A DNA stretch of 61,898 bases, counting the filler, from Basidiobolus ranarum (Eukaryota), in NCBI GenBank assembly GCA_040143965.1. It is 18 parts of 18 records of this genome, joined end to end, with 100 filler letters (N's around TTAATTAATTAA, not from the genome) between each part and the next. Parts side by side here need not be neighbours in the genome. Positions count along the whole stretch, not along the records: positions 48,277 to 51,610 come from JASJQH010002560.1; positions 51,711 to 55,041 come from JASJQH010002561.1; positions 55,142 to 58,471 come from JASJQH010002562.1; positions 58,572 to 61,898 come from JASJQH010002563.1; 14 more parts are not named here. One strand, written 5' to 3'. Below the pieces are notes generated by a model, which was not told the origin of the DNA, searched no databases, and worked only from the letters and a program-made list of their open reading frames with translations. Each line of letters opens with the position of its first letter. The stretch's first letter is position 1. This document shows positions 48,177 through 60,319 of this stretch, in pieces. The position numbers and the translations under genes are program-made.

Positions 48177-50248
48177 NNNNNNNNNNNNNNNNNNNNNNNN
48201 NNNNNNNNNNNNNNNNNNNNTTAATTAATTAANNNNNNNNNNNNNNNNNNNNNNNNNNNNNNNNNNNNNNNNNNNNTACAAAAGATTTTTCGGTTAATAA
48301 GTACATTTCTACATCCATAAATATATGGTCTTTTAGTACATATACCATTGGAAAGACCTAAAGGCAAAACCAATAAATTCATTTTTTAAAAAAGAGTATG
48401 ATGCATTAAGCTATATTTACATTCTAGCAAGTTACGTTGACACGCTTTCTCAGAGAATACCAATCATGTAAAGCAACAGTGAGAACTGCTTTAAGGAGGC
48501 TAAAAGCTAAGAGCTACACATGAGGATACTTCATAGTGAATGACCTGGATAAGTTGAACAACCAAGTTATAATAACTGGTATAAACGCGAGAAATGTAAC
48601 TAAAGTATATTGCTGTAAAGGCTAGATAGCAGTGTGATACAACGCAATTTCGATCGATTCTGATATTTACTGGTCGATAGAGTATAACGTATTAACAAAG
48701 TTTCGACTGCCATTAGCTGGTAAATAACTCACCAGTTCCGATAATTGTCGGTAGATCAATATTTCATAGAATATAAGCTGATCGCTCCCATAGCTCTTGA
48801 ATATCAAGAGGGACAAATGCCAGCTAAGTGACCACGAAAGCGAAACTTCAAAAACTGCAATCGGGATATCCTTATTTATATGAGAGTAGATCTGGAAAAG
48901 TGCTACTTTAATAGTGCGAGATCTGCTGGGCCTGTTCTCTAAATTGGCCATGAGGAGTTTATCTTTTTCTTGTGCGGACTGGATCTTGAATAGCTCCAAC
49001 GTCCAGATTTTGATTTAATCAGGGGCGTGTCAAGTTACCTGAAGCATACCATCTCGGAACGTTTCATTACAACATTGCAGAAGTAGCACATAGGCCAATG
49101 AAGTAAGAGGACATACGAGTTACTGAAGAAGGTAAAAAAGTACGAGTCCATAGCTGAAAGAGAGCAGGAACAAATTCAGAAAAAGGGGTTTATTTTAGAT
49201 ACAGTTTCCGTAAGTCTTGATCACTTCGAACCTGGTGCAATGTTCCAAGTGAACTTTGACATAACTCTTGCTAACGTAAGAGCTGCTTTCCCAAAGCTCT
49301 CAAGGTGGCGAGAAAATGGATGATTCGTATTACTTATTACCATTTGATGTTCATAACCACGCAACACCGTCTCTACATTACATATGAGTTTCTGATTCAT
49401 TCAGTGGTTTACCACGTGACAACTCACTCACGAACACTTACAATAAAGCTAGCAGTTTCGTTAACATGGCTGCTGATAGGGTTAGTTTTAGGTTAAACCT
49501 CATTTTTGTTTACAACAATTTTATTGGGTAACTACCTGTTCCTCGATCAAATAATCAATGATCGATCAGTTACTAAGGTTTGAAACACAAACTAACTGAA
49601 CTTTTCTATCCACAGTAGCTACCAATAACAGTATTATATATTTCGACAATTATCCCAGTTCTTTAGTCTAAATACATTTAAACATACTTAGGTATAGCTC
49701 AAATATATCAATAGCTAGTACTATTTGCTGATTTTGAATGAAGCACTAAGTATTTAACCATCATGATTTAGCCTTAAGATAGTAAGTAATGCACTCATGT
49801 GCTAAAATCTATATTAAGCTTAAGATATATGCTACTTTCCCCTTACATTTTTTTGTCTTCAAATTAGAATCTGACATTAATTGTGATCGTCAACATTTAC
49901 TCATAGTCTGTCCTTCATTAGGTAAGTAGAGATTATCAAAGAATGATAATGAACAGCTTCACTATATGCACTGAATTATAACTTTAAATAGTTAGGCAGA
50001 ACGGAATAATCGAGAGAGGCAAGGTTTTTATATATTTGGTATCACTAGTAACCGAGTAGCAGAACCCAAGAAAGGATGTTAGAGCAAATGATTGCTTATA
50101 TAATCAAGTTCGATTATCTCTATTTTTACCATTGTTAGTTGGACTTATATTGGATACGTATACTATAATGACATTTAGCTTGATGGTTTGCAGTTTATTC
50201 TGAAGTGTTTGTAAGACGTAATGCACATATAAAAGATAAATAAGAAGG

Positions 50249-51593
50249 TCAAATTCCTGATCGACTGAGCTCTGCTTTGAGGTACTTTTGGAACGAAGGA
50301 ACATAGTGATAGTTCATCAGTGTGTAATGAGCACCAGGCACATCGATATAATTGTTAACCTTTCGAGAGAACCCATCCCATCCTTTAAGCATACCGTTTA
50401 ACCAATCTTCCTTCTTACCAGCTAAAGGAATGGCATAAAATACAGAGACTCGTTCTACATTTCCGCTGGGTTCATAATTACGACCACATTTGAGTAACGA
50501 CTCTGCTATGTCAACCCACTTTTCAAGTTGGATCTGATCGATTTCCAATTCCTTAATTCTGTCTGGGGAAGCCTTCGACCAAATATAATCAATCTGCTCT
50601 GCACGAGTCAAAGTGTGAAGATACGGGGAAACCTTTTTAGCCTCTTCCTTGGTTATAAGATCTAGGAAATAGGACAAGTTCAAGAAACCCTCGGTCCAAT
50701 TTAATTCAAGCATTCTTGGCTTGATGTGGGGTGGAATGTTTACTAGTCCGACAAAGGCTACCCGTTGATTTTGAGCTTCTAATCGTTTAGCAATCTCGTA
50801 TGCTACCACTCCACCATAAGAATACCCGGCCACGGCGTAAGGTCCTTCAGGTTGGGTCTTGCGAATGGCTGCAGTATAAATGTCGGCCATCTCTTCCATG
50901 GATTCGAAGTAAGTTTGATTTTCATCAAATCCTCGAGCTCTCAATGCGTAGAATGGTCGCTCATTCACAAAATACTTCGCCAAATTGACAAAGATAAGGA
51001 CTTCACCTACACCAGGATGGACAAAGAATATGGGCACACCTGATCCCGTTACTTGTAACGGTACCACTGGATCATAGTTCTGGTTTGGCAAACCTCCCGT
51101 GACATTCGATTTGGTTTCATCCAAGTGTGTTGCAAGTGCTCGAATAGTTGGATGTTGCATGATTCTGATGACTGGCCAGTTCTTTGATGAAACGATTTAG
51201 TAAAAGTATTTCATCATATTATTAGATTATTCTAGTCTTACCTTCTCTAGTTTAAAATGTTCAATAATTCTTGCTTTGTACCTGAATTAAGTAATTGAAT
51301 TAGTTGGTGGACACAACGAAGGATTATACTACCTAAAGAAGAGCACTTACTGTACGACTTCTAGTGAGGAGCCCCCCATATTGAAGAAATTTTCTTCTAC
51401 GCACATCTCTTCAGAAGGTACATCAAAAATTCGTGACAAGAAGGAAGTCAAGATGAGTTCTGTGTCTGAAGTTGGCTTCTTATATTTTAAAGCCTTTCTT
51501 GCTTGGATAATTTTCTCGACGCTCTTCAAGCACTCGTTGAATTCCCCTTTTTCATATCGTTGACGTAGTTTATAATGAGCCGGTTTTTCGAAT
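50249..51593 (-). CDS. NRPS-like enzyme of the quinone-synthetase (A-T-TE) type: end of A domain, T domain, thioesterase; 5'-truncated
   Basis: Exons 51593-51351, 51281-51242 and 51181-50249. Ppant site FFNMGGSSLEV. TE motifs YDPVVPLQ, FFVHPGVGEVLIFVNLAKYF..RPFYALRARGF, GYSYGG, GLVNIPPH, VPGAHYTLM. Confidence 0.92.
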
Positions 51594-52069
51594 CTATTCG
51601 TGAATTAAATNNNNNNNNNNNNNNNNNNNNNNNNNNNNNNNNNNNNNNNNNNNNTTAATTAATTAANNNNNNNNNNNNNNNNNNNNNNNNNNNNNNNNNN
51701 NNNNNNNNNNTATGGCATCTGTACAAAGATTTTGTACTTGGCTATGCAAAGCTCTATTACAGGTTTAAAGAAGATAGACTGAATCTATGCTGGTATGCAA
51801 TGCATTTCCTGCTGCATCTTTCAAAATGCTTTGAGATTATAGGTCCTTGCCATACATATGGGGAGTTCCCAATGGAGTGCATCTGTGGTGAAATGATGCT
51901 CCATGTAAAAGTGTGAGTATTACTGTAAGCTAATCTGATTAACAATGTATCAGCAAAATCAGTGATGAATGTAATGCAATGGGTTAAGGAGACTCCAGAG
52001 TATATTAACCTTCCAACAAAGGGCTCTTTTTAATGTGCTCATGGTTTTTTGCATTTTTTGAGCACAATA

Positions 52070-54350
52070 AAAGCAACAAAACCCAAAATAACAGCAGTAT
52101 GCTTTACTAGCAAGCTAACCATGCAAAATTACTGAACATCTGAATTTTGGAAAGGCACTGACATTAGGCAAATAGCTGACTTATGTCGCCATTCACAATA
52201 AAAATAAACTCTTGAATGTTGATAAATTTCCTTAAGGAGTTTAGCCAATGTATCCCCAACTAGCATTCAACAAGAGTCCTCCCACAAGTAGATGTATCAT
52301 TGCTTGAATGGAATACCCTAGGTTAAAACAATAATCCTGCATATCTCAATCTATCTTACCAAGAATTCTGTCTTGCAGCTCTCCTAGAAATACCATCAGA
52401 TTAGCACACAAACAAATTAGTTCTAATTCAAGAGATACTTATTCTGATTCCATGAATTTGGTTTTGCTGTTGTTGCTGTGCCTAAAATCTCCTTATCCCA
52501 ATACATTACAATCATCACTCACTTTGCTGATAAATTGTTAATCAGATTAGCATACTGTAATACTGACAGTTTTACATGGAGCATTATTATAACACAGATA
52601 TACTCCATTTGAAGCTCTCATAATAGTAAACAAGGGCCTATAATCTCTAAGCATTGGGAAAGGTGGGGCAGAGAATCTATTGAATGCCAGCATTGATTCA
52701 GTCTCTCTTCTCTACACCTGTAAAAAAGTTTTCATATCAAACTACAAAATCTTTGCCAAGTTGCTGTATCTGCCAGAGATCTGCCAATGTAAGTTGATGC
52801 TGTAAGAATTTATTACCAATATCCACAAACAACTCCCAATGTTGTCAATACTTATCAGGCAGAAATCTTCTCAAGATTCCACTTGAATATATTCAAATCC
52901 AACACTTCCAGTCTTTGCATTTACATGAACACCTATATGTGTAGACAATGATGGGAGTCCTGGTAAAATATGAAGGTATCTTAACATCTTCAAGCATATT
53001 GCCAGTTGATTTGATCTTTAATCATTTCTTCAATGGCTTGAGCAGATCAAGTTTTCCACTCTATAGCTGAGTAAGTAGTATTGCAATGTTGTTGAATAAC
53101 AAGTGAATAGTGCCTAATGGGAAGCTTTGGCTCTAGCTGATCCTCAATAGCAATAAATTCTTGGGCTAATGCCTAATCTGAAGTTTGATGTTAGACTGAC
53201 TATTTGGTGAATTGATATCCATGAGCATGTTGAAATCTAACCAGGCTCTATATGGTAAAATCATGGAGCTTAGTGTTGTATTTGGATAGTAGTAATATGT
53301 AGGCCTTGTAGAGTAAACTCCATTAATTTTGCAAAATCTACAGCAATATTGTGTGCTGTACCTGCCGGAATCTCCAAATCTACTGATGGCAGAAGTATCA
53401 AAAATATTTACAATGATATTGGCCTTAAAAAATATTCACCTCTCTGAACCCCATTAGATAACCATTCAAATTCTGCAATCAAAGGCTCCAAGAAGCTATC
53501 TATAAAAACCGGGGATGTAGGCCCAGACACCATGGATAGTACCAAGCCAATATAAATCTTATACCATTAAGAAGGAGGAACATAGAACTTATTTAAAATA
53601 TTTGGCCAGCAAGTCTTTCCAATTATATATATGTTTAGTGAGAAACCTTGCAGAGTCAATGCAAGTGCATGATTATGTGTAATCTTAAAGAAACCTTGAC
53701 TTTTCAGATTCTGGTAGTTATATTCATCAAGTGTACCATATCATCAAAGCTTTATTATGGGGAATCAATGGAATATATGCCAAATATGAATGATATTTAC
53801 CTGATTTAGTGATTGCCAATTGTGTGCAAACAGTACATGGCTACAGGTTTTATGATCACCAGTGAAAGCAAAACATCCATTTGGATATGATGGTAGTTTA
53901 ATTCCTGAAGGATTATAAGTAATACAATTGATAAGTGTTTTCCAGTTGCACCAGGACTGTGGTAAGCAAAAGTTGCCAATCTACTCTGGTAAAAGTGTAA
54001 GAACACCAATAAACACCTGGCTGCTAAGATTAGATTGAAATCTCTACTTGTTGATAATCAAAGCTGCTTCCTTTACTGTAAGTATTATGAGTGGACTAAT
54101 GCTTGTGAATAACAGAGAATCCATTACAAAGTTGCTATCTTGTTCTTCATCTTTTGATATACTGCTTAACAGTAATGGAATAACAGAGGTCAACATTTGG
54201 CAGCATGTCCTCAAAGTAGTCTGGACTTATTGGTTCAGCCAAAGTTGCATTTCTACCTATATCATTCTGGTAATATAACTTTGGTAACTTTGCAGTATCT
54301 TAACTATCAGCAGTGTTACCAATACTTTGAGGTAGAGGACAGCTAGTGGA
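52070..54350 (-). mobile_element. CACTA/CMC (Transposase_21-like) transposase pseudogene, second copy
   Basis: Reverse-complement homolog of 42740-44450, continuing into the region shared with 2950-3361. Confidence 0.83.
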
Positions 54351-54388
54351 CTCAGTGGGCAAAACTAAAGTCAATTTTGTGCACTTAT

Positions 54389-55041
54389 TGTTGAAATTAT
54401 ATATATAGCAACTCATTATTTAGTAGTTAGTTTATTCATATTCTGATTATTTAGTACTCAATTCTGTCATTCAAAAAAATGTGTTTATTGCTCTAATTGA
54501 TAAAAACATCAATTAGATCACTTTTACCAATTTTCACTATTTTTTCAAAACTTCTCCAAATCACCTCATGTTTTCACCCATGCTTAAAAGGCATGTTTGT
54601 TATGAGCTAAGCATGTCCAATAGTCCTATTTCATAGTAAACTATTAATTGGACATATTCAATTCATTAAAACTAAAGTGTCTAATTCACAGATCCAAATC
54701 TTGTCCAAAACACTTCCAAATCCCCTAAATGCTTTTATCAGGTTATGGGCCCCAAGCTAGTTGTTGAAGGAATGTCTACCAGTGCTATTACTAACATTTT
54801 TGCATCTACAGAGAAGTTTGATGGTGAAGACTTTCACCTTTGGAAGATCAAGATGCAAATGGTGCTAGAAGACAAGGACCTTTGGGGATTTGTTACAGGA
54901 GAAGAAATAGAGCCAAAGGGACCACCAGACGCTGTCCTTGCCTTTCACAAGAAGCAGAGGAAAGCACTCTCTACACTTTGTCTACATCTCAGAGATTCTC
55001 AATTGAGGCACATACAATCAGCCAAAAACGTCCAAAATGCT
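54389..55041 (+). mobile_element. Ty1/copia family B 5' LTR (54389-54740), PBS and uninterrupted start of gag
   Basis: TGTTGAAA...TTTTATCA; PBS GGTTATGGGCCCC at 54741; gag EKFDGEDFHLWKIKMQMVLEDKDLW open to the contig end. Confidence 0.94.
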
Positions 55042-55141
55042 NNNNNNNNNNNNNNNNNNNNNNNNNNNNNNNNNNNNNNNNNNNNTTAATTAATTAANNN
55101 NNNNNNNNNNNNNNNNNNNNNNNNNNNNNNNNNNNNNNNNN

Positions 55142-55225
55142 CTATTATCAGGAACAGCTCTATCTTGGTTTGCCCCTTTGATGGAAAGTCAATCTCCACT
55201 ACTTATAAACTTCCTTGCCTTTCAC
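55142..55225 (+). mobile_element. Short Ty3/gypsy gag-like fragment
   Basis: LLSGTALSWFAPLMESQSPLLINFLAF resembles the LLxGxAxxW..P..E...P.L.NF..F gypsy gag motif. Confidence 0.5.
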
Positions 55226-55749
55226 CTTGAAACCCCCCAAGGTCAGCTTCCCTCTTATTCCCTGCTAAGGCAAAGGTACCTTCCACCTTTGGATAATTGG
55301 TCTAAGTGAATCCTTGTGAAGACACTACTGGCTGAGTTTACAGTTGTTTTTGATCAAAGAAGCTTTAGTACTTGATCAAGATCAAAGGACTTTGATACCA
55401 GTTTATTCTTTTGTCAAGGCGCCAATCATTTCTTCAACAGAAAGTTGGACATTGCATTGTGAATATCATTCCTAGAGAAACTTGTGCTTTTTAAAACTTC
55501 CCCCTCTCAAAATAGTAAGTATTACATCTACGCTGTAGTGTGGGATAGGGTGTTAACTTAAACATTCAGTAATAAAGCTTAATCCCACTACAAATCTCCA
55601 GCAAAGCTTAATTTTTTATACTGGAAGCTTAAAAATATCAATAGGAGATATATTCTGCACTCTATCTTTAAAGGGTAAAGACACAACTTAGTATGTCAAT
55701 AGCTTGAAGACTTTATGAGAAAAGATTATTTCTGATAATAGAACTATCA

Positions 55750-56365
55750 AAAATCCTCAATACTACAAGGGTAGATAAAACTCTGGTGCTTTCTCTAACT
55801 TGAAGTCTGAAGAAAAAGATATAGTTCTTTTGATATTGGGAAAGACTTTGATTAAGAGTTGGATATATTCTATGACTGTAAAAGTGAAGATAACTATGAA
55901 AGAATCTGTACTGTAATCTTCAATAGTCAAGCCTAGTTGAGAAGCAGCTGCAGCTTTGACACTTAGAAAACATCAGCATCAAGTACTGTTGCAGCTCTGT
56001 GCAAAATATGAAGAGCATCCATTAGCTGGTTCAAAAGTTAGTACTAATTTTGTGATCATATTGAGATCCTGAATTCTTGTGTTCTAAATATATGCTAGTG
56101 TTGATTTTTGCATTGGCAATTTTGAAATGGTTGTAGCTCCACCAATATTTGATCAAATCTTATGATTCTTGCATGGTTGCAAAGCTCTAATTTCAGAGTT
56201 TGTGATTGCAGCGTAAATTGTTGTAATAAGTTAAGCATTGATTTGACTATGAGCAATTGAATATACTTGTTCTTTTTCTTGATCTGTAAAATATTATAAG
56301 ATAGCAATAGATAATTTTCTTCCTGCTCATTATGTGCAATATATGATTGGAATATTTCCAACACT
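55750..56365. repeat. Second copy of the 1640-2508 repeat
   Basis: Direct similarity to 1640-2485, lacking about 130 bp of the contig-1 copy. Confidence 0.7.
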
Positions 56366-57096
56366 ACAACAGCTCTCCAACCTCAACAGGTACTTTTCAA
56401 AGTGTGGAAATTAGTCCCAAAGGTAAAGGCAAGCCAAAAGCCACACATACACCACAAAGCACCCTCAGTAGTGTCACACTACCAGGATGTACAAAAATAG
56501 TCAAAGTGCTTGAGGAGTATTTTCAAAAGTATGAAAGGAGAAACACAGTACAAGTATGCAGAAAGTGGCTTCAAGAGAAGAACATTCAACTTGACATTCA
56601 GTCTGGTGTTGACCATGCAGATATCTGGGAAGAACTTAATACCAAGTGGCACAATATTGCAGGGTATCTGCCAGATAGCTGGAAGAATGTTGATTCAGCA
56701 ACGTTAATAAAATGGTGGGCTTTGATGGAGATATTGACACAAACTTGTGTTGGGTATGAGCTAAACCTTGGGTATGAAGAACTCTATAAAAATATTCAGG
56801 AGAATATATCAAAGAGACTAGGGATTTTGAAGATAACAAATTAGCATTAAAATGGTGATTGTGTAAAATTGGAGTTGTGTTTTTTGCACATGTGTTGATC
56901 CATAGTTCTCTGAGATTCTAGCCAATCATTTGCAACTATTTTGCCAGATCTTGAAATTTCACTCCTGAAACTGAAAAAATTGATCAAAATCAAAGCTAAC
57001 TTGACAATTTTATGACGGTAAGTAAACAGTCAATCCCAAATGGATTAAAATTGTGATGGTTTTCCTACGATAACAATCCTCAAATTGCTGTTAGGG
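56366..57096 (+). mobile_element. ORF-X repeat copy with terminus
   Basis: Reverse complement of 26518-27240. Ends CAAATTGCTGTTAGGG. Confidence 0.75.
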
Positions 57097-58226
57097 CATT
57101 GCCATAGTTAGTAATGATGGGAAAGCATTGAAATTTTGGTGATATGTCTGCCTAATTAAAATTGTGCATTTACTGAGTTGAAGAAAAGAGAATACATAGT
57201 ATTTATTACTATGCGTTACAGCTGGAATAATCATGTTGATAATAGTAAACAACATGCATGTTGAATCAAAGTTTACCAAATATATATATGCTCTAGGCCA
57301 TAATGTTATTGCCAAAAACATGTGTGCTTCAGAATAAGTATTTTGTAAAAGAGTTGAAATGGCAGTTAAAAAATTTGTTATAGTAAATACTCCAGCAATC
57401 TCATCAGAAAACCATAGGGTAATTCATGTAAAACCAGTCAAAATCCAAATTGCTAGTAGTAGGAAGGATTTCTGATGGTATTACACTAATTTGATAAAGA
57501 TTCAGTCCAGATAATACAAAACTACTATTCATAGTGTATTAAAGTAAACTTTGTCTCAATGGCTAGTTCATTTGCAATAAGTACACAATATGTTGCTTTT
57601 CTACTGCAAATGCTTTTAGGGTTTATAGGAATAATACCTATAGCTAATCAAAGAATAATAGTCTTTCTTTGTTTGGATCCTGATTTACTTAAATTTTCAT
57701 TGAGGAGTCTGCTAAATCTATATTATAAGGTCATATTATCAGTTCTATATTCTAGTGCCATCTTTAGGCTTGGAAATCTCTCTTGCTATCTATTCAGGAC
57801 TGTGACTATGAGAGTTTGATCAGCTGTAGGTACTCCTATATATTCCATTTAATCTACTAAAATAGTGACGGTATTAATTAGTGGTTTAATGTCTTTTTGT
57901 TGATACACTTTTAATTCAAAGAATGTTCTTCTTGAAACATCTTATCAACAGCAGAACATGTTGGCTAGTCCTCCAAAGCCTTTACTTCTTCTTAGCAGTT
58001 TTAGCTCTTGAACATTGAATTAGCAACTTATCTCTGTTAAAATGGACTTGTTCTCTGCGATTATGCCAGATGTACTGTATATATCATATTAGATCAAGTA
58101 TTCAAAAATTTATGTGGCACAATTTGGCACAATCCATCACCCTCTGGCATGATCAATTTCAATCACATTTACTCAAATACATTGTTCCAAGATCTGATAA
58201 ATCATGGCACAATGGAACAAGTCTAA

Positions 58227-58471
58227 TATTTGGGAGCCTGTCGGAAGTGGTTTGGAGAATTAGAGGAATTGGTGGTTTCACTTATTGATTTATTGAGTAG
58301 AAAGTTGACATTTATAGTTTTGTCAAAATGTAAACCAACTGATATGTAGAATGTCTTAAAGAAAGTCCCAGGAGCATGCAAGCAAAGTTAGGGGCTTCTA
58401 GCACAAGTTTGAAAATCTATATATCTGAGAACTTCTAACTTGGTAAAAATATTCAAAGTAAATTCTGATTG
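58227..58471 (-). mobile_element. Partial copia LTR-A
   Basis: TATTTGGGAGCCTGTCGGAAGTGGTTTGGAGAATTAGAGG... matches LTR-A. Confidence 0.88.
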
Positions 58472-58571
58472 NNNNNNNNNNNNNNNNNNNNNNNNNNNNN
58501 NNNNNNNNNNNNNNNTTAATTAATTAANNNNNNNNNNNNNNNNNNNNNNNNNNNNNNNNNNNNNNNNNNNN

Positions 58572-60319
58572 TTAGGTTCCAAACTCTGCCCCATGGTTAC
58601 AAACATGTCCATCAAATCCTTGCACAATCGAACTCCATCTGAAGTGACATACAGTTTGTCGCTAGAGTGCAATGTATCATCAAAACGCTTGAGAATTCCC
58701 ACACCATATGTAAATCTGGCTTTACGTTGAGTCACTACAGCGGGATTAGCTCCAAAGAGTACGGCACCTAAACCTTCATTAGAAGCTTTGAAATTTGCAG
58801 TAATTTCTATCGACAGATGCTTTACCTCTCATTACCGCTTCACCCGGAGTAGTTGGGATAACAATATCAACGCCTTTAGTTCGCCCTAAAACTTCAAAAC
58901 TCTGTTGTAAAGCAATACAATTCGCAAAATTTCCTACTAATACAACTTTGCTAGAGAACGGTTAAAATTGATGCGTACTTGCTTAAACTGAACTATTGGC
59001 ATAGAACTACCTTATTTTTTTGTTATTTTCAAGTATTGTTTGTACGTGCTTCACCGTAGTATTTATAGTTGGTGCAAGAAACGTGTCATAGAAATATTTT
59101 CGAGGAATACACAGATTGGGACCTTTGATATTAAACTCCACTTGCTTCTCCTCTGCAAATCTATCAACTGTCTCATTCGAAGTTAGGTCATCGGGGTCAG
59201 CGTTTGCAGTTAGAGTATCAGGTAATACTAAAATTATATCTGATTCATTGTCAAAGGATATCTTCGCATTTTCCACATCATCTTGAAGTCTTGTATAACC
59301 CAAAGGGTCGTTAAGTAGTGCTTTGTAACGGTGTACACCAAATAATTGCTCAAGAAACTTTAGAATACGCTTGTTGACTACCGTTGATCCCCAGTCACCG
59401 CCTGTTGCTGGAATGACTATAGCAAAATTTTAGAGCTGGAAGACTGAATCTCATTCACAAATACATCCTACCTTCTCTGACGGTACGCCCACTATCAACA
59501 ACAGGCCCCACCTCATGAACTGTGACATCAATTGTCCCACCACCACAATCACATACCATATAGTATGATCCCTCTTTTTGCTCAATTCCCTGACTTTGAA
59601 GTACCCACAAGGAAGCCGCTTCTGGCTCTAGTGCAAGTTGTACACCTGTACCAACCAATTCGGCCAATTTGGCTGCTTCTTTCATCACTCGTTTGGCTGC
59701 ATCACTCCAGATTGCAGGGACAGTTAGCACCCATTTAATATCCTTGGGGTCTATATCACTATTGACTTTTTGGATTTGCTCCGAAGCCACTGCAAAGGGT
59801 TATTAATATCAGAGAGGAATGAATCAGTAACTCTAAAAAACCTTTTTTGATATAGCGTAAACTTTCCGAGAACACAATAGCTGCCGATACTTTATCTCCA
59901 TTTTCAGCCTCAATTGTTATATTATCATCCACTGACTCCGTGTACAATTTCATCTTGAAGAATTGAAAGAGTTTTCCTCTTCCTTTCATAGCTAAAGACT
60001 TATATTTGGTCTGTGCTGCACTTCCAAACGCGATAAATTCATTATCATCACTCAGTAATAATGCAGTTTTGGTTTTTCCAGCAAAACCATCTCTCCAAGG
60101 AGCATTTGGATATATTGAACCTCTCGGTTCAGTGATTCCAGCAACACCAGGGAAAGCATAAGCATAGCTACCGATCAAAATATTAGTATTTCTCAAAGCA
60201 ATATTTACATACAACCCGTCCTACCCTGTTCCGTATGTTCCGAAATCTATCGCTACCACACACTTGGCAGATGTTGGTCCCAGATGTTCTCTAAATATGT
60301 CCGGCGTAGGACCACTCAT
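58572..60319 (-). CDS. Atypical Hsp70 (HSPA12-like), multi-exon, 3'-truncated
   Basis: ATG 60319. VVAIDFGTYGTG|YAY, WVLTVPAIWSDAAKRVM, LALEPEAAS, VCDCGGGTID, GGDWGSTVV, RKARFTYGV. Introns include 60224-60168, 59841-59790 and 59471-59417. Confidence 0.9.

Noticed and set aside
47425-51610. Kinase plus NRPS-like gene as a biosynthetic cluster
   Set aside because: They are separated by the linker at 48177-48276; adjacency reflects contig length sorting.
57100-58220. Possible hAT-like transposase relic on the minus strand
   Set aside because: CpG-poor like the TE relics, but I could not read a convincing motif, so it is left unassigned.
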